This document shows, in pieces, positions 1 to 9,458 of a DNA stretch of 64,000 nucleotides. Location of the stretch: NCBI GenBank assembly GCA_046597055.1, contig JBKJLC010000058.1:17649-81648 (forward strand). The letters are read 5' to 3'. The notes beneath the pieces were generated by a model. It saw only the letters and a list, made by a program, of their open reading frames with translations. It ran no database searches and had not been told where the DNA came from. Positions within the stretch are counted from its first letter, which is position 1, and each line of letters opens with the position of its first letter. The position numbers and the translations under genes are program-made. The DNA is from Kofleriaceae bacterium. Its GTDB lineage: Bacteria > Myxococcota_A > Polyangia > Haliangiales > Haliangiaceae.

Positions 1-1
1 C

Positions 2-922
2 AAGGCCGGCCTCACCAAGACCCGCGGCGGCTTCGTCGCCAAGCTGGGCAAGATCTTCGGCAAGAAGAAGATCGATCAGGACGTGCTGCCTCAGCTCGAG
101 GAGGTCCTGTTCACCGCCGATATCGGTCCGCGCGCCGCCGACCGCATCTTCGACTCGGTAAAGAAGAGCCTATCGAAGGACCAGCTCACCGAGCCGGCCC
201 TCATCTGGCGCAAGATCCGCGAGACCTCCAGCCAGATCCTCGACGTCGGCGCGCCCCCGCTCGACTGGGCGGCCAAGAAGCCCCTGGTCCTGGTCGTGCT
301 CGGCGTCAACGGCGTCGGCAAGACCACCACGATCGGCAAGCTCGCCGCGCGCCTGACCCGCGACGGCAAGCGCGTGATCCTCGCCGCCGGCGACACCTTC
401 CGCGCCGCCGCCACCGAGCAGCTCGAGGTGTGGGGCGATCGCGCCGGGGTCCCGGTGGTCCGGGGCAAGGCCAATGGCGACCCGTCGTCCGTGATCTTCG
501 AGGCGGTCAAGCGCGGGGTCGACGAGGGCTTCGACATCGTCATCTGTGACACCGCCGGTCGGCTCCACACCAAGGTCGACCTGATGGACGAGCTCAAGAA
601 GGTGCGGCGGGTGATCGACAAGGCGATGCCGGGAGCGCCCCACGAGACCTGGATGGTCCTCGACGCGACCACCGGGCAGAACGCGATCGCCCAGGCCAAG
701 ACCTTCAAGGAAGCCATGGAGATCACCGGGATCGTCATCACCAAGCTCGACGGCTCGTCCAAGGGCGGCGTCATCCTGGGGATCTGCGACGAGCTCAAGG
801 TGCCGGTCCGCTTCGTGGGTATCGGCGAGAAGATCGACGATCTGCGTCCGTTCGATGCGGCCGCATTCGTCGAGGGCCTCTACGCCGATGCAGACGCGTT
901 CTCCGTCGAGGCGGCGAGCTGA
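2..922 (+). CDS. ftsY: Signal recognition particle receptor FtsY (5'-truncated by window edge)
   Basis: SRP-GTPase motifs [22 protein letters not shown] and TKLDG. The frame is open from base 2 ([11 protein letters not shown]...), upstream of the ORF-track GTG at 83. Confidence 0.97.
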   Translation, partial: KAGLTKTRGGFVAKLGKIFGKKKIDQDVLPQLEEVLFTADIGPRAADRIFDSVKKSLSKDQLTEPALIWRKIRETSSQILDVGAPPLDWAAKKPLVLVVLGVNGVGKTTTIGKLAARLTRDGKRVILAAGDTFRAAATEQLEVWGDRAGVPVVRGKANGDPSSVIFEAVKRGVDEGFDIVICDTAGRLHTKVDLMDELKKVRRVIDKAMPGAPHETWMVLDATTGQNAIAQAKTFKEAMEITGIVITKLDGSSKGGVILGICDELKVPVRFVGIGEKIDDLRPFDAAAFVEGLYADADAFSVEAAS

Positions 923-993
923 TCGCGTCCCCGAATGGGGCCGGGATTAGCAAGCAACCCCTGGACATGCAACGTGGAATGACCGCCGGCGTC

Positions 994-1023
994 TTGTGAT
1001 CTGAAAATTTCACGTGATATAGT
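994..1023 (+). promoter_or_regulatory. Probable sigma70 promoter (extended -10) for the GltA/B-like genes
   Basis: TG-A-TATAGT at 1015-1023 in an AT-rich patch. TTGTGA at 994-999 is a possible -35. Confidence 0.6.
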
Positions 1024-1030
1024 GCGCCAG

Positions 1031-1193
1031 GCTTCCGGGTTGGAGGGTTAAGCCCTCGGAATCTAACGGGAATTCCCGATCTGAACCGGTGGGTGTACCC
1101 ACCTCGAACCCAGCGCCCCGAGGGGGGCTCAACCCCTTCGGCCGGACTGAACGGCCACACGGTCACCCATCCTAGGCAGGGAGAAGTCGGAAG
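1031..1193 (+). ncRNA. Candidate structured 5' leader RNA (array of 4-5 hairpins)
   Basis: Stems 1043-1057, 1067-1078, 1088-1103 and 1118-1141 are separated by recurring TCTAAC/TCTGAAC/TCGAAC/CTGAAC linkers. CTTCCG 1032-1037 is complementary to CGGAAG 1188-1193. Confidence 0.4.
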
Positions 1194-1194
1194 A

Positions 1195-2148
1195 ATGCGC
1201 CGCACGAGCCCCACGTCCCCACGCGGTACCAGCCTCGTAACCGTTCTCGCCCTCGGCCTCGTTGGCGCGCTCGCCACCTCTGCCACGGCCCAGCCGAAGC
1301 CGGCCAAGCCCGTGCCAGCCGAGGAAGACGAGATCGAGATGGGCGACGACCCAGCCGCTCCTGCCGATGAAGGCGAGATCGAGATGGAGGACAAGGAGCC
1401 CGAGAAGGACCTGTCCGCCGACCTCGCGGCCGACACGGACGCCGCGGTGAAGGTCGACACGACCAGCCGCGACGTCAAGCCGGTGTCCTGGCAGGACATC
1501 ATCGTCGTCATGCGCAAGCCGTTCCTGAAGATCGGCCGCACGGATCTGATGCCGTTCCTGGCGACGACCATGAACGACAACATGATCCGCCACTACGCGG
1601 CGGGCGCACAGTTCAACTACTTCCTGACGGACGTGCTCTCGGTCGGCATCGAGGGCCAGTACTATACGAAGCAGTTCCGCGAGCCGTTCGACCTGGTCGG
1701 TCGTCAGGCCCGCCGGCTGCCGACGATCAACAAGTACAACTTCTCGGGCGCGCTGAACTTCAGCTACGTGCCGGTCTACGGCAAGTTCGCGATCCTCGAC
1801 AAGCACCTGGTCGCCTGGGAGACGTACTTCACGGCCGGTGTCGGCGTGACCCAGAGCGAGGTGGTCCCCCGCGACCCCCGCTTCGAGGCGTTCACCAACA
1901 TCCTCATCACGCCCAACATCGGCGCGTCGATGCGGTTCTTCCTCTTCAAGTGGATGACGGTCAACGTCGGCGTGCGCGACTACATCTTCCTCGACAAGTT
2001 CGAGCCGAAGGAGCGCGACGACGTGATGAACACCACCGCGGAGGCAGCGAAGGAGAACGCCGACTCGGCGCTCATCAACAACGTCATGTTCCAGCTCGGC
2101 GTGAGCTTCTGGATCCCGCCGACGTTCGAGTACACCACGTTCCGCTGA
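1195..2148 (+). CDS. Outer-membrane beta-barrel protein, GltA/GltB/GltH-like (myxobacterial gliding motility family)
   Basis: Signal peptide, acidic linker, then [15 protein letters not shown]...YGKFA...GVSFWIP, typical of the Myxococcota/Bdellovibrio barrel family. ATG 1195 follows AGGGAG. Confidence 0.8.
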   Translation: MRRTSPTSPRGTSLVTVLALGLVGALATSATAQPKPAKPVPAEEDEIEMGDDPAAPADEGEIEMEDKEPEKDLSADLAADTDAAVKVDTTSRDVKPVSWQDIIVVMRKPFLKIGRTDLMPFLATTMNDNMIRHYAAGAQFNYFLTDVLSVGIEGQYYTKQFREPFDLVGRQARRLPTINKYNFSGALNFSYVPVYGKFAILDKHLVAWETYFTAGVGVTQSEVVPRDPRFEAFTNILITPNIGASMRFFLFKWMTVNVGVRDYIFLDKFEPKERDDVMNTTAEAAKENADSALINNVMFQLGVSFWIPPTFEYTTFR

Positions 2149-2179
2149 TCCCAGCACCGACGAAGCCAGGAGCCAACCG

Positions 2180-3082
2180 GTGAACCATCGCGCCCCGTCC
2201 TCCCCCGCGTCCGCCGCTGCCCGTCTGGGCACGATCGCCGCGGCCTCCGCTCTCTTGCTCGCGCTGGCCCCGTCGGTGGCCGCCGCCGACCGCGCCAACC
2301 CGCTCGACGATCAGCCCGCGGTCCGCCATCGCCTGCTGCTGGTGGCCAAGCGGTTCGAGCTGACCCCGCTGTTCGAGTCGACCCTCAACGCCGACTTCCG
2401 ACACTTCCTCGGCGGGGGTCTCAAGCTCGAGTACCACCTGAGCGACATGCTCTCGATCGGCGCGCTCGGCGTGTACGCGACCTCGCTCGACACCAAGCTG
2501 GTCGACCGCCTGATGGGGTCGCTCGAGCCAGTCGACCCGTCGCAGGCGCCAGGCTCGATGGCCACCGAGGAGCAGATCCGGTCCGGCCTCAGTCGTGAGC
2601 CGTCGACGAAAGAGTTCGAGCAGCACCTGAACAAGATGCCCTTCCACGGGGCGGTCTACATCGGCGTGACGCCCTGGTACGGGAAGCTGGCGGCCTTCGG
2701 CAAGGCGTTCGTCAACTTCGACTTCTACTTCCAGGCCGGCTTCGGGTTCGCCCAGCTGACCTCGAGCTGCGACACCAACGTATGTACCGACATGGCCCCC
2801 GGCCAGGGCATGATGCCGGACGACAACCCCAACAACGACGCGCCGCTCAACAGTGGCTTTCGTCCCGGGCTTTACCTCGGCGGCGGTATCCATGTGTTCG
2901 TGAGCGACGCGATCGCGATCGACATGTCGATCCGGGACTACGCGTTCACCGATAACCCGTCGGGCGCTGACTTCAACGCCGATCTCTACGTCGACGATAA
3001 GGACAGCCGCTTCCTGCACCACCTCTTCGCCGGCTTCGGCGTCTCGGTGATGCTGCCGTTCCAGGCCAAGCGCACCCCGTGA
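2180..3082 (+). CDS. Second GltA/GltB-like outer-membrane beta-barrel protein
   Basis: Signal peptide, AVRHRLLLVAKRFELTP, PWYGKLAAFG, amphipathic strands. RBS CAGGAG precedes the GTG. Paralogous motif order to the upstream gene. Confidence 0.8.
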   Translation: MNHRAPSSPASAAARLGTIAAASALLLALAPSVAAADRANPLDDQPAVRHRLLLVAKRFELTPLFESTLNADFRHFLGGGLKLEYHLSDMLSIGALGVYATSLDTKLVDRLMGSLEPVDPSQAPGSMATEEQIRSGLSREPSTKEFEQHLNKMPFHGAVYIGVTPWYGKLAAFGKAFVNFDFYFQAGFGFAQLTSSCDTNVCTDMAPGQGMMPDDNPNNDAPLNSGFRPGLYLGGGIHVFVSDAIAIDMSIRDYAFTDNPSGADFNADLYVDDKDSRFLHHLFAGFGVSVMLPFQAKRTP

Positions 3083-3192
3083 CCCAGCCGGCGCGGTCGC
3101 GCTGATCGCGCCCCTGCTGGCTTGCCCGATGCCAACTGGGTTGGCAGGTTCGCAACAGGGTTGCGACGATCACGTCGAGACCGTGCGCGGCA

Positions 3193-3240
3193 GCGGCCCA
3201 GCGACCGAGACATCTCGGCCACCTGGGCCGCACCGCTTTT
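3193..3240 (+). terminator. Possible intrinsic terminator
   Basis: GCGGCCCAG...CTGGGCCGC stem (3193-3231) with an inner CCGAGA/TCTCGG stem, followed by ACCGCTTTT. Confidence 0.35.
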
Positions 3241-3257
3241 CGGACCATGGATTGCTT

Positions 3258-3665
3258 ATGATGGCTGTCGTGGGACCCCGTCGACCAGCCACCCTCGCCA
3301 CCCGCATCGTGGGCGCTGCCCTGGCCGCGCTGCTCGGGGCCGGCTGCGTCACGCCTTCGATCCCGATCCCGCCGCCCGAGGCCGAGCTGATGACGTTCGC
3401 GATCGACACGACCGCGGGGACGGCAAGCTTCAGCTACGACAGCGAGCCGAGCTACGCCGACGCGATCGTCTACGTCTTCAACCGGACCCTGGGCTCCGGG
3501 ATCATCACCACGGCGCGGCCAGATGGCAGTGTGGGCCCGACCCAGCCGTTCCCGGCGGCTCCGACCCAGAGCATCCGGATCACGTTCGAGACTGACGAGA
3601 TCACCGTCGGGGCGTGTGTCGTGATCCAGGCCGACGGGACCGCGGCCCCGTTCTGCGGCCAGTAA
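3258..3665 (+). CDS. Small lipoprotein, unknown function (start could be 3258, 3261 or GTG 3270)
   Basis: Hydrophobic stretch plus lipobox LGAGC, then VTPSIPIPPP and a beta-rich body. Coding-like codon bias. Confidence 0.75.
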   Translation: MMAVVGPRRPATLATRIVGAALAALLGAGCVTPSIPIPPPEAELMTFAIDTTAGTASFSYDSEPSYADAIVYVFNRTLGSGIITTARPDGSVGPTQPFPAAPTQSIRITFETDEITVGACVVIQADGTAAPFCGQ

Positions 3666-3693
3666 GGGCCCGCGAATGGGTTACCGGGTGGGC

Positions 3694-4233
3694 TCAGCGT
3701 GAGATCTCGGCGCGCCAGATGTCGAGAGGCATCGGCTCGAGCGTCATCTGCTCGGACCGGACGACCTCGCCGCGGCGGATGCCGAGCTCGACCCGCGTGC
3801 CGGGGCGACGCGAGCGGACCTGGTAGATCAGGTCTTCGGCATCGGCGATGGTCGTGCCGTCGACGCGGGTGATCACGTCGCCGGGTGCGAGGCCGTGGGC
3901 AGCCGCCGGCGAGCCCGGACGGACGACCCGGACCCACGCGCCGGTCGCGGGACCATCGCCGCGGACGCCGACGCCGACCCACGCCGGGGTCGCGTGCACG
4001 GCGCGCGTGCAGGTCTGGTGGACCACGCGGGCTGACGAACTCGCCACCGGGATCGATGCGAACATCGTCCCCGCCATGGCAAAGCCCAGGGCCACGCCGG
4101 CCATGGAACAAATCGTTGCGAGCGCGGCCAGGCGGCCGCGATCAGAGGTGGGACGGAGTGCTTCGCGGTGGAGCACGGGAACGGTGGCCCCCTCGCCGCC
4201 GCCGCCGTCCTGTGATTCCGGGAGAACGGTCAT
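3694..4233 (-). CDS. Membrane-anchored single PDZ-domain protein
   Basis: TM helix, then WVGVGV...VRPGSPAAAHGLAPGDVITRVDG (PDZ signature). GAGG RBS before ATG 4233. Confidence 0.85.
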   Translation of the reverse strand: MTVLPESQDGGGGEGATVPVLHREALRPTSDRGRLAALATICSMAGVALGFAMAGTMFASIPVASSSARVVHQTCTRAVHATPAWVGVGVRGDGPATGAWVRVVRPGSPAAAHGLAPGDVITRVDGTTIADAEDLIYQVRSRRPGTRVELGIRRGEVVRSEQMTLEPMPLDIWRAEISR

Positions 4234-4264
4234 TGAATGCCTCGCTGTTGCGGCTGTTACTTCT

Positions 4265-4293
4265 TTTATGCGCGGTTCGATTCCCGCCGGCAA
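4265..4293 (-). promoter_or_regulatory. Probable sigma70 promoter of the PDZ gene
   Basis: TTGCCG-N17-CATAAA on the minus strand. Confidence 0.45.
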
Positions 4294-4511
4294 GCGAAAC
4301 TCGATCGGCGTGCGCGGCGACGTGCGACGCGTCGCGCGATGCACGGAGTCTTCCGAGGTCGCGCGGAAGGTTGGGCTCAAACGATGGGCGCGATGAAGTC
4401 AGACCTCGCACCCCCGTTCGCTCGCCGCGACCCGGCGCGGGCAGCGACCGGTCGCACCGAGGCCTCCGACCGGGTACGACCGGCGCCCACCCCGTGCTAG
4501 CCTAGGCAGCC

Positions 4512-7500
4512 TTGGCAATCACGCGGCCCAAGGTCCGCCTGCGTCGCTGGCTGGCGGCGATCGGGCTCAGCCTCACGGTGCTGCTCAGCTCGGCGATCGC
4601 CATCGTGCGTATCGAGTTCGAGGGTCCGGATCTCGCCGAGAACATCTGCGAGATGCTGAACACCCGCATGCGCGGCCGCATCGCGATCGCGTCGATCGAG
4701 TGGCCGATGTCGGCGCTCGGCAAGGTGGTGACCGGCGGCTGGGTGCCGGTCACGCTGCACGGGGTCGAGGTGTGGGATGGGCGCGACGAGGACGCCGAGA
4801 GCATCCTGCGGACCGAGCGGGTCACCGCCGAGCTCGACCTGCACTCGCTGATGGTGGGCCGCCACGACTTCGTGATCCGCAAGCTCCACGTGCATGGGGG
4901 CCGCGCGGTGCTGCGCGAGATCACCGAGCCCTATCCGCTGCACGACTACGACCAGACGGTGTTCAGCATCATCGCGGCGTTCTACGGCGAGCGCGCGGCC
5001 GGCTTCCACGCGGGGGTGTTCGCCGCGTCCTCGCCGCTGTGGGACATCCGCGACTACATGGTCGAGGGGCTCGAGCTCGAGATCCGGGCCAAGCCGCTCG
5101 ACACCAAGGCGAACTCGTACCTGTTCCGCGCCAGCTTCCAGGACGTGTCGACCAAGGGGTTCCTGTTCATGGACCCGTCCGACCCGCTGGTTTCCAAGTT
5201 CTACTTCTCGCTGGCCCCCAAGGGCGGGCGCGGCCAGGTCGACCTCTATTACGAGAAGAGCCCGTCGGGCGGGTGGAAGCCCAAGGGGCTGTACTCGTTC
5301 CCGATCGAGAGCCTCGAGGTGAAGCGCCTGGCCCAGCTGCCGAGCGGCTGGCCGTCGGACCCGGTCGCCAACAGCCTCGCCTTCGACCTGTCGATCCAGT
5401 CGCTTGACGAGGCCAGGATCCGCGTGCGCGGCGCCATGATCGACTACTGGGACACGCCCTACGGCGGCACCTGGGACGTCAACCTGTCGGTCGAGAACGG
5501 CGGCCTGCTGGTCAACCGATCGATCGATCCCGACGCGGGCGGCGACGACGTGCGCCTCGAGGCCCAGGTGAGCGGGCCGATCGTCTTCTACCCGAGCGTC
5601 GCCATCAAGGCCGCGGGCCTGACCTACGAGATCGTCGCGCTCGAGCCGCCGCTCCAGCTCGCGCTCGACACGCTGACCGGCGTGTACGACCTCGCGGTCG
5701 ACGAGGGCTCGATCGACGAGTTCATCGCGCGTGGCACCGGCGCGGTCGGTGGCGAGGTGCGCATCTCGGCCAAGTTCGGCGGCGACGGCTCGGACCTGTC
5801 GCCGTTCTGGGTCGACTCCAACGTCGACATCCGCAAGCCCGTCGAAATGGAGAGCTACCTGCCGGCGCCGCTGGCGGGCGCGGTGGGCACCCGCCTCAAG
5901 GGCCAGTTCCACGCGCTGCGCCGCAAGGGCGACACCAGCTACGGCATCTCGGTCGACCAGATCGACCTGTCGCTGGGCAAGCTGACCGTGACCGACGGCC
6001 AGATCTACCTCGACAAGTCGCTCGACAAGATCCTGCTCGACAACGTGCGGCTCGCGATGCCCGGCTTCAGCGGCACCATCCGCTGCACGGTCTACACCGG
6101 CACCGACGAGCTCCGCTTCGACGACGACGACTGCACGGCGAAGGTCGAGGTCGGCAGCTTCCAGCAGCTGGCCCGCGCGTTCTCCAAGGCCCCGCCGGCG
6201 GCCCCACCCCCGCCGGCCAGGCCGCGGGCACGGGCCACCGCCCAGCCGCGAGGCGGCGCCCCGCTCCGACGGATGCGCGCGCGCCGGGTCCGCCATGCGC
6301 AGCCTGCGGCCACGCCGACCCGCGCACCCGCGACGCCGGCGGCACCACCGACCCGGGCCACGAAGCCCAGCACCAGCGGCAAGGGCACCATCAAGATCGG
6401 CGGCAGCCTGTCCAACCCCCGGTTCGACGCCGGCCTCGACTTCGACGACGTCCCGCTGCTCGGCAAGCTGCGCGGGACCTTCCGCTACGAGGGGGACTCG
6501 GTCGTGATCGACCACGCGGTCTCGACCAGCCTGGGGGGCCGGGTCCGGATCCGCGGGCCGGTGCGGCTGGAGCCCTCGGTCCGCCTCGACGGGGTCCGGA
6601 TCGACGCCACCAGCATCGATCTGGCCCGGGTCGATGCGATCCGCGGGGTGGTCGGCAAGGCGTCGGCCCAGCTGGTGCTGCGGGGCGCGCCCGAGCTCCG
6701 CCAGCTGGTGGTGTCGGGCTGGGTGTGCTCGAACCGGGTGGTCGCGCTCGGCGACGCGCTCACCGACCTCGGCGTCTGGCTCAACCGTGCGCCCGAGAAG
6801 CTGACGTGCGCGGCCGCGGCGCCGCCCGCGCGCACCGCGAGCATGGACGCCTGCCTGAAGGTCGGGGCCGCCGGCGGCCGATGCGCGATCGCGCGGGCCC
6901 GGCGCGAGGCCGGCGGCGAGGTCCTGCTGGTCGCCAGCGCCGACCGCAACCAGCGGCTCGGCGGCGAGCTGAGCCTCGAGCGGATGCCGCTGCCCGCGCT
7001 GCTGGCCCTGGCCGGCGTGCGAGCGCCGGTCGGCGCGGTGGTCGACGCCAGCAGCCTGCGCCTGGGCGGCAACCTCGACGCGCCCACCATCGACGGCACC
7101 CTGCGCATGAGCCGGACCTGGCTCGAGCGCGGCTATCTGGGCGATGGCGAGCTCACCGTGCGCGCCGATGGGCCCGGCCAGGTCCAGCTGACCGGCAGCT
7201 TCCTCGACGGCCGGGTCACCGTGACCGGCAAGCTCGCCACCCGCGCGCCCTACGCGATCGAGCTCACCGCCGCGCTCTCGCACGTCGAGCTCGACACCTT
7301 CATCGACCCGCTGCACTTCGGGCTCCCGCGCGACGCGCACGCCTGGGTGTCGGGGCGGATCAAGGTCGCGACCCGGCTCGGCGATCCGAGCGCGCCGCTC
7401 ACCGCCAACCTCGATCTCGACGACGTGGCGATCTCGGCGACGGTGCCCGGCCCCGACGGCCGGCCGCTGCCGCTGTCGATCCGCGCGGCGGCGCCGATCG

Positions 7501-9458
7501 CGCTGATCTACGACGGCACCACCGCGCGGCTGGTGCAGCCGGCGCAGCTGGCGACCCCGTTCGGCGTCATCACCGTCCAGGGCTCGGCCAGCCCGGCCCA
7601 GCTCGATCTGGCCGCGACCGGGCGCCTCGACCTGGCCAGCGCGCAGCCGCTCGGCGCGCGGCTGTTCGACCGGATGCGGGGCGGGGTCGACCTCACCGCC
7701 CGGGTCACCGGCTCGATCGTGCAGCCGCGCGCGCAGCTGAGCCTCGACCTCGACCAGGTCGAGCTTGACCTCGCCCGCCAGGACGCGGTGCTGATCATCC
7801 CCGGCGGCCGCATCGCGCTCGACCGCGGCGCGCTGTCGATCACCGGCGTCTCGGTCGCGGTCAAGGGCGGCGACGCGGGGGCGGACCCGGACGCGGAGTC
7901 CGCGCTGTGGATCCGCGGCGGCGTGTCGCTGGACGGGCTCACCCCGATCAACTGGGCCGTCATCATCAGCGGCGCGCTGCCGGGCGAGATGTTGCTCGCG
8001 TTCGCGCCCGAGGCGTTCTCGCAGGCGTCGGGCACCGCCGACCTGCAGATCGAGCTGGAGGGCAAAGGCCCGACGCCGCAGGTCCGCGGCGAGCTGCTGT
8101 TCGCCCGCGACCCCGACGGGCCGCGCCGGCGGCCGCTGAGCCTGCTGCCGCGCGCGCTGCGCCGCGAGGTGACCTTCGACGACGGCACGGTCTCGTTCCG
8201 CGGCGAGCGGGCCTCGGATCTGACGATCGAGCTGAGCGGGGTCACCGGCACGATCGATCACGTCGGCCGCCTGACCGCGGTCGATGGGACCGTCGAGCTC
8301 CAGGCCGGCGCGGTCACCGCGGCCTCGCTGGTGGCCTCGGCACAGGGCCTGCCGTTCCGCATCCAGCGCACCCTCGACCTCGTGGTCGACGTCGACCAGC
8401 TCGAGGTCGAGCTGGCCAATCGCGACCTGACGCTGGCCGGGCAGATCAAGGTCGTCTCGGGACGCTACACGCGCAACTTCGACCTCGGCGCGGCGCTCAT
8501 TCCGTCGGAGGCGACCGGCGTCACCGCCACGCCGTTCTGGGAGTCGTCGCCGACGCTCGCCAACGCGCAGCTCGACCTGGCGATCGACACCCGCAAGTTC
8601 GCGGTGGTGAACAACCTCGCCAACGTCGACCTCGAGGGCAACGTCACCGTCACCGGGACCCCCCAGGATCCGCGCTTCGACGGCGAGATCCGGGTGTCGC
8701 GCGGCACCTTCACCATCACCGGCGTGCGGGCCCGGTTCACCCGGACCACCGGCAACGTGACGTTCGAGCCGACCGTGCGGTTCCCGTCAGCGACGCCCGA
8801 GCTGAACATCCGCAGCGAGGCCGACTACCGCGATCCGAGCGGCCAGGACCACCTGGTGACGTTGACGATCCGGGGCAACCTGACCCGGCTCTCGTGGGAC
8901 CTGACCACGGCGTCCGGCTTCAACAAGGCCCAGACCCTGGTGCTGATCTTCTCCGGACGCGCGCCCGACGACGTGCGCCGCAGCCTGGGCGACAACGCGA
9001 TCAGCGACCCGACCCGGATCGATCCCTCGACCAGCAGCTCGCAAGGGTTGACCGACGAGCTGGTGAAGGACCTCGCCAGCACCCAGCTCGAGAAGTGGGT
9101 GGGCAACACGCTGCGCGATCTATCCGGCCTCGACGTCGCGCGGATCGAGCTCAACTTCGGCTCGCTGGGCGTCCACGGCGAGAAGCGCCTCCTGGAGAAC
9201 GTCGGGTTGATCGGCGATCTCGAGCGCACCAACCGCGGCTCGACCGCCAGCGGCCGCCTCGAGCTGCGGCTGCCGCCCCAGGCCTTCAAGCAGTTGCCGC
9301 CGCTGCGCTGGCTCCCCGGCTGGGCGCGCGGCAACGAAAACGTCACGTCGCTGGCCGGCGAGTTCCGGTTGCTGAGCAAGAACTACGATGATGCCGCGGA
9401 ACGCGATATCAACGACGTCGAGCTCAAGGCGGTGGTCCGCGTGCTGCTCGCTCGCTGA
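4512..9458 (+). CDS. tamB: TamB/AsmA-family translocation and assembly module protein (1648 aa)
   Basis: N-terminal TM anchor, long beta-taco-type repeats and a C-terminal DUF490-like region (NNLANVDLEGNVTVTGTPQDPRFDGEI). Stop overlaps the start of the Omp85 gene. Confidence 0.8.
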   Translation: MAITRPKVRLRRWLAAIGLSLTVLLSSAIAIVRIEFEGPDLAENICEMLNTRMRGRIAIASIEWPMSALGKVVTGGWVPVTLHGVEVWDGRDEDAESILRTERVTAELDLHSLMVGRHDFVIRKLHVHGGRAVLREITEPYPLHDYDQTVFSIIAAFYGERAAGFHAGVFAASSPLWDIRDYMVEGLELEIRAKPLDTKANSYLFRASFQDVSTKGFLFMDPSDPLVSKFYFSLAPKGGRGQVDLYYEKSPSGGWKPKGLYSFPIESLEVKRLAQLPSGWPSDPVANSLAFDLSIQSLDEARIRVRGAMIDYWDTPYGGTWDVNLSVENGGLLVNRSIDPDAGGDDVRLEAQVSGPIVFYPSVAIKAAGLTYEIVALEPPLQLALDTLTGVYDLAVDEGSIDEFIARGTGAVGGEVRISAKFGGDGSDLSPFWVDSNVDIRKPVEMESYLPAPLAGAVGTRLKGQFHALRRKGDTSYGISVDQIDLSLGKLTVTDGQIYLDKSLDKILLDNVRLAMPGFSGTIRCTVYTGTDELRFDDDDCTAKVEVGSFQQLARAFSKAPPAAPPPPARPRARATAQPRGGAPLRRMRARRVRHAQPAATPTRAPATPAAPPTRATKPSTSGKGTIKIGGSLSNPRFDAGLDFDDVPLLGKLRGTFRYEGDSVVIDHAVSTSLGGRVRIRGPVRLEPSVRLDGVRIDATSIDLARVDAIRGVVGKASAQLVLRGAPELRQLVVSGWVCSNRVVALGDALTDLGVWLNRAPEKLTCAAAAPPARTASMDACLKVGAAGGRCAIARARREAGGEVLLVASADRNQRLGGELSLERMPLPALLALAGVRAPVGAVVDASSLRLGGNLDAPTIDGTLRMSRTWLERGYLGDGELTVRADGPGQVQLTGSFLDGRVTVTGKLATRAPYAIELTAALSHVELDTFIDPLHFGLPRDAHAWVSGRIKVATRLGDPSAPLTANLDLDDVAISATVPGPDGRPLPLSIRAAAPIALIYDGTTARLVQPAQLATPFGVITVQGSASPAQLDLAATGRLDLASAQPLGARLFDRMRGGVDLTARVTGSIVQPRAQLSLDLDQVELDLARQDAVLIIPGGRIALDRGALSITGVSVAVKGGDAGADPDAESALWIRGGVSLDGLTPINWAVIISGALPGEMLLAFAPEAFSQASGTADLQIELEGKGPTPQVRGELLFARDPDGPRRRPLSLLPRALRREVTFDDGTVSFRGERASDLTIELSGVTGTIDHVGRLTAVDGTVELQAGAVTAASLVASAQGLPFRIQRTLDLVVDVDQLEVELANRDLTLAGQIKVVSGRYTRNFDLGAALIPSEATGVTATPFWESSPTLANAQLDLAIDTRKFAVVNNLANVDLEGNVTVTGTPQDPRFDGEIRVSRGTFTITGVRARFTRTTGNVTFEPTVRFPSATPELNIRSEADYRDPSGQDHLVTLTIRGNLTRLSWDLTTASGFNKAQTLVLIFSGRAPDDVRRSLGDNAISDPTRIDPSTSSSQGLTDELVKDLASTQLEKWVGNTLRDLSGLDVARIELNFGSLGVHGEKRLLENVGLIGDLERTNRGSTASGRLELRLPPQAFKQLPPLRWLPGWARGNENVTSLAGEFRLLSKNYDDAAERDINDVELKAVVRVLLAR

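Noticed and set aside
955..964. CAACCCCTGG shared with 40416-40425 near the gltC-like promoter
   Set aside because: A single 10-mer in opposite relative orientation and different position. Chance is a sufficient explanation.
1031..1193. 6S RNA, SRP RNA or c-di-GMP riboswitch next to ftsY
   Set aside because: I see short local hairpins rather than a long rod with a central bubble, and no SRP or GEMM consensus. Not formally excluded without cmscan.
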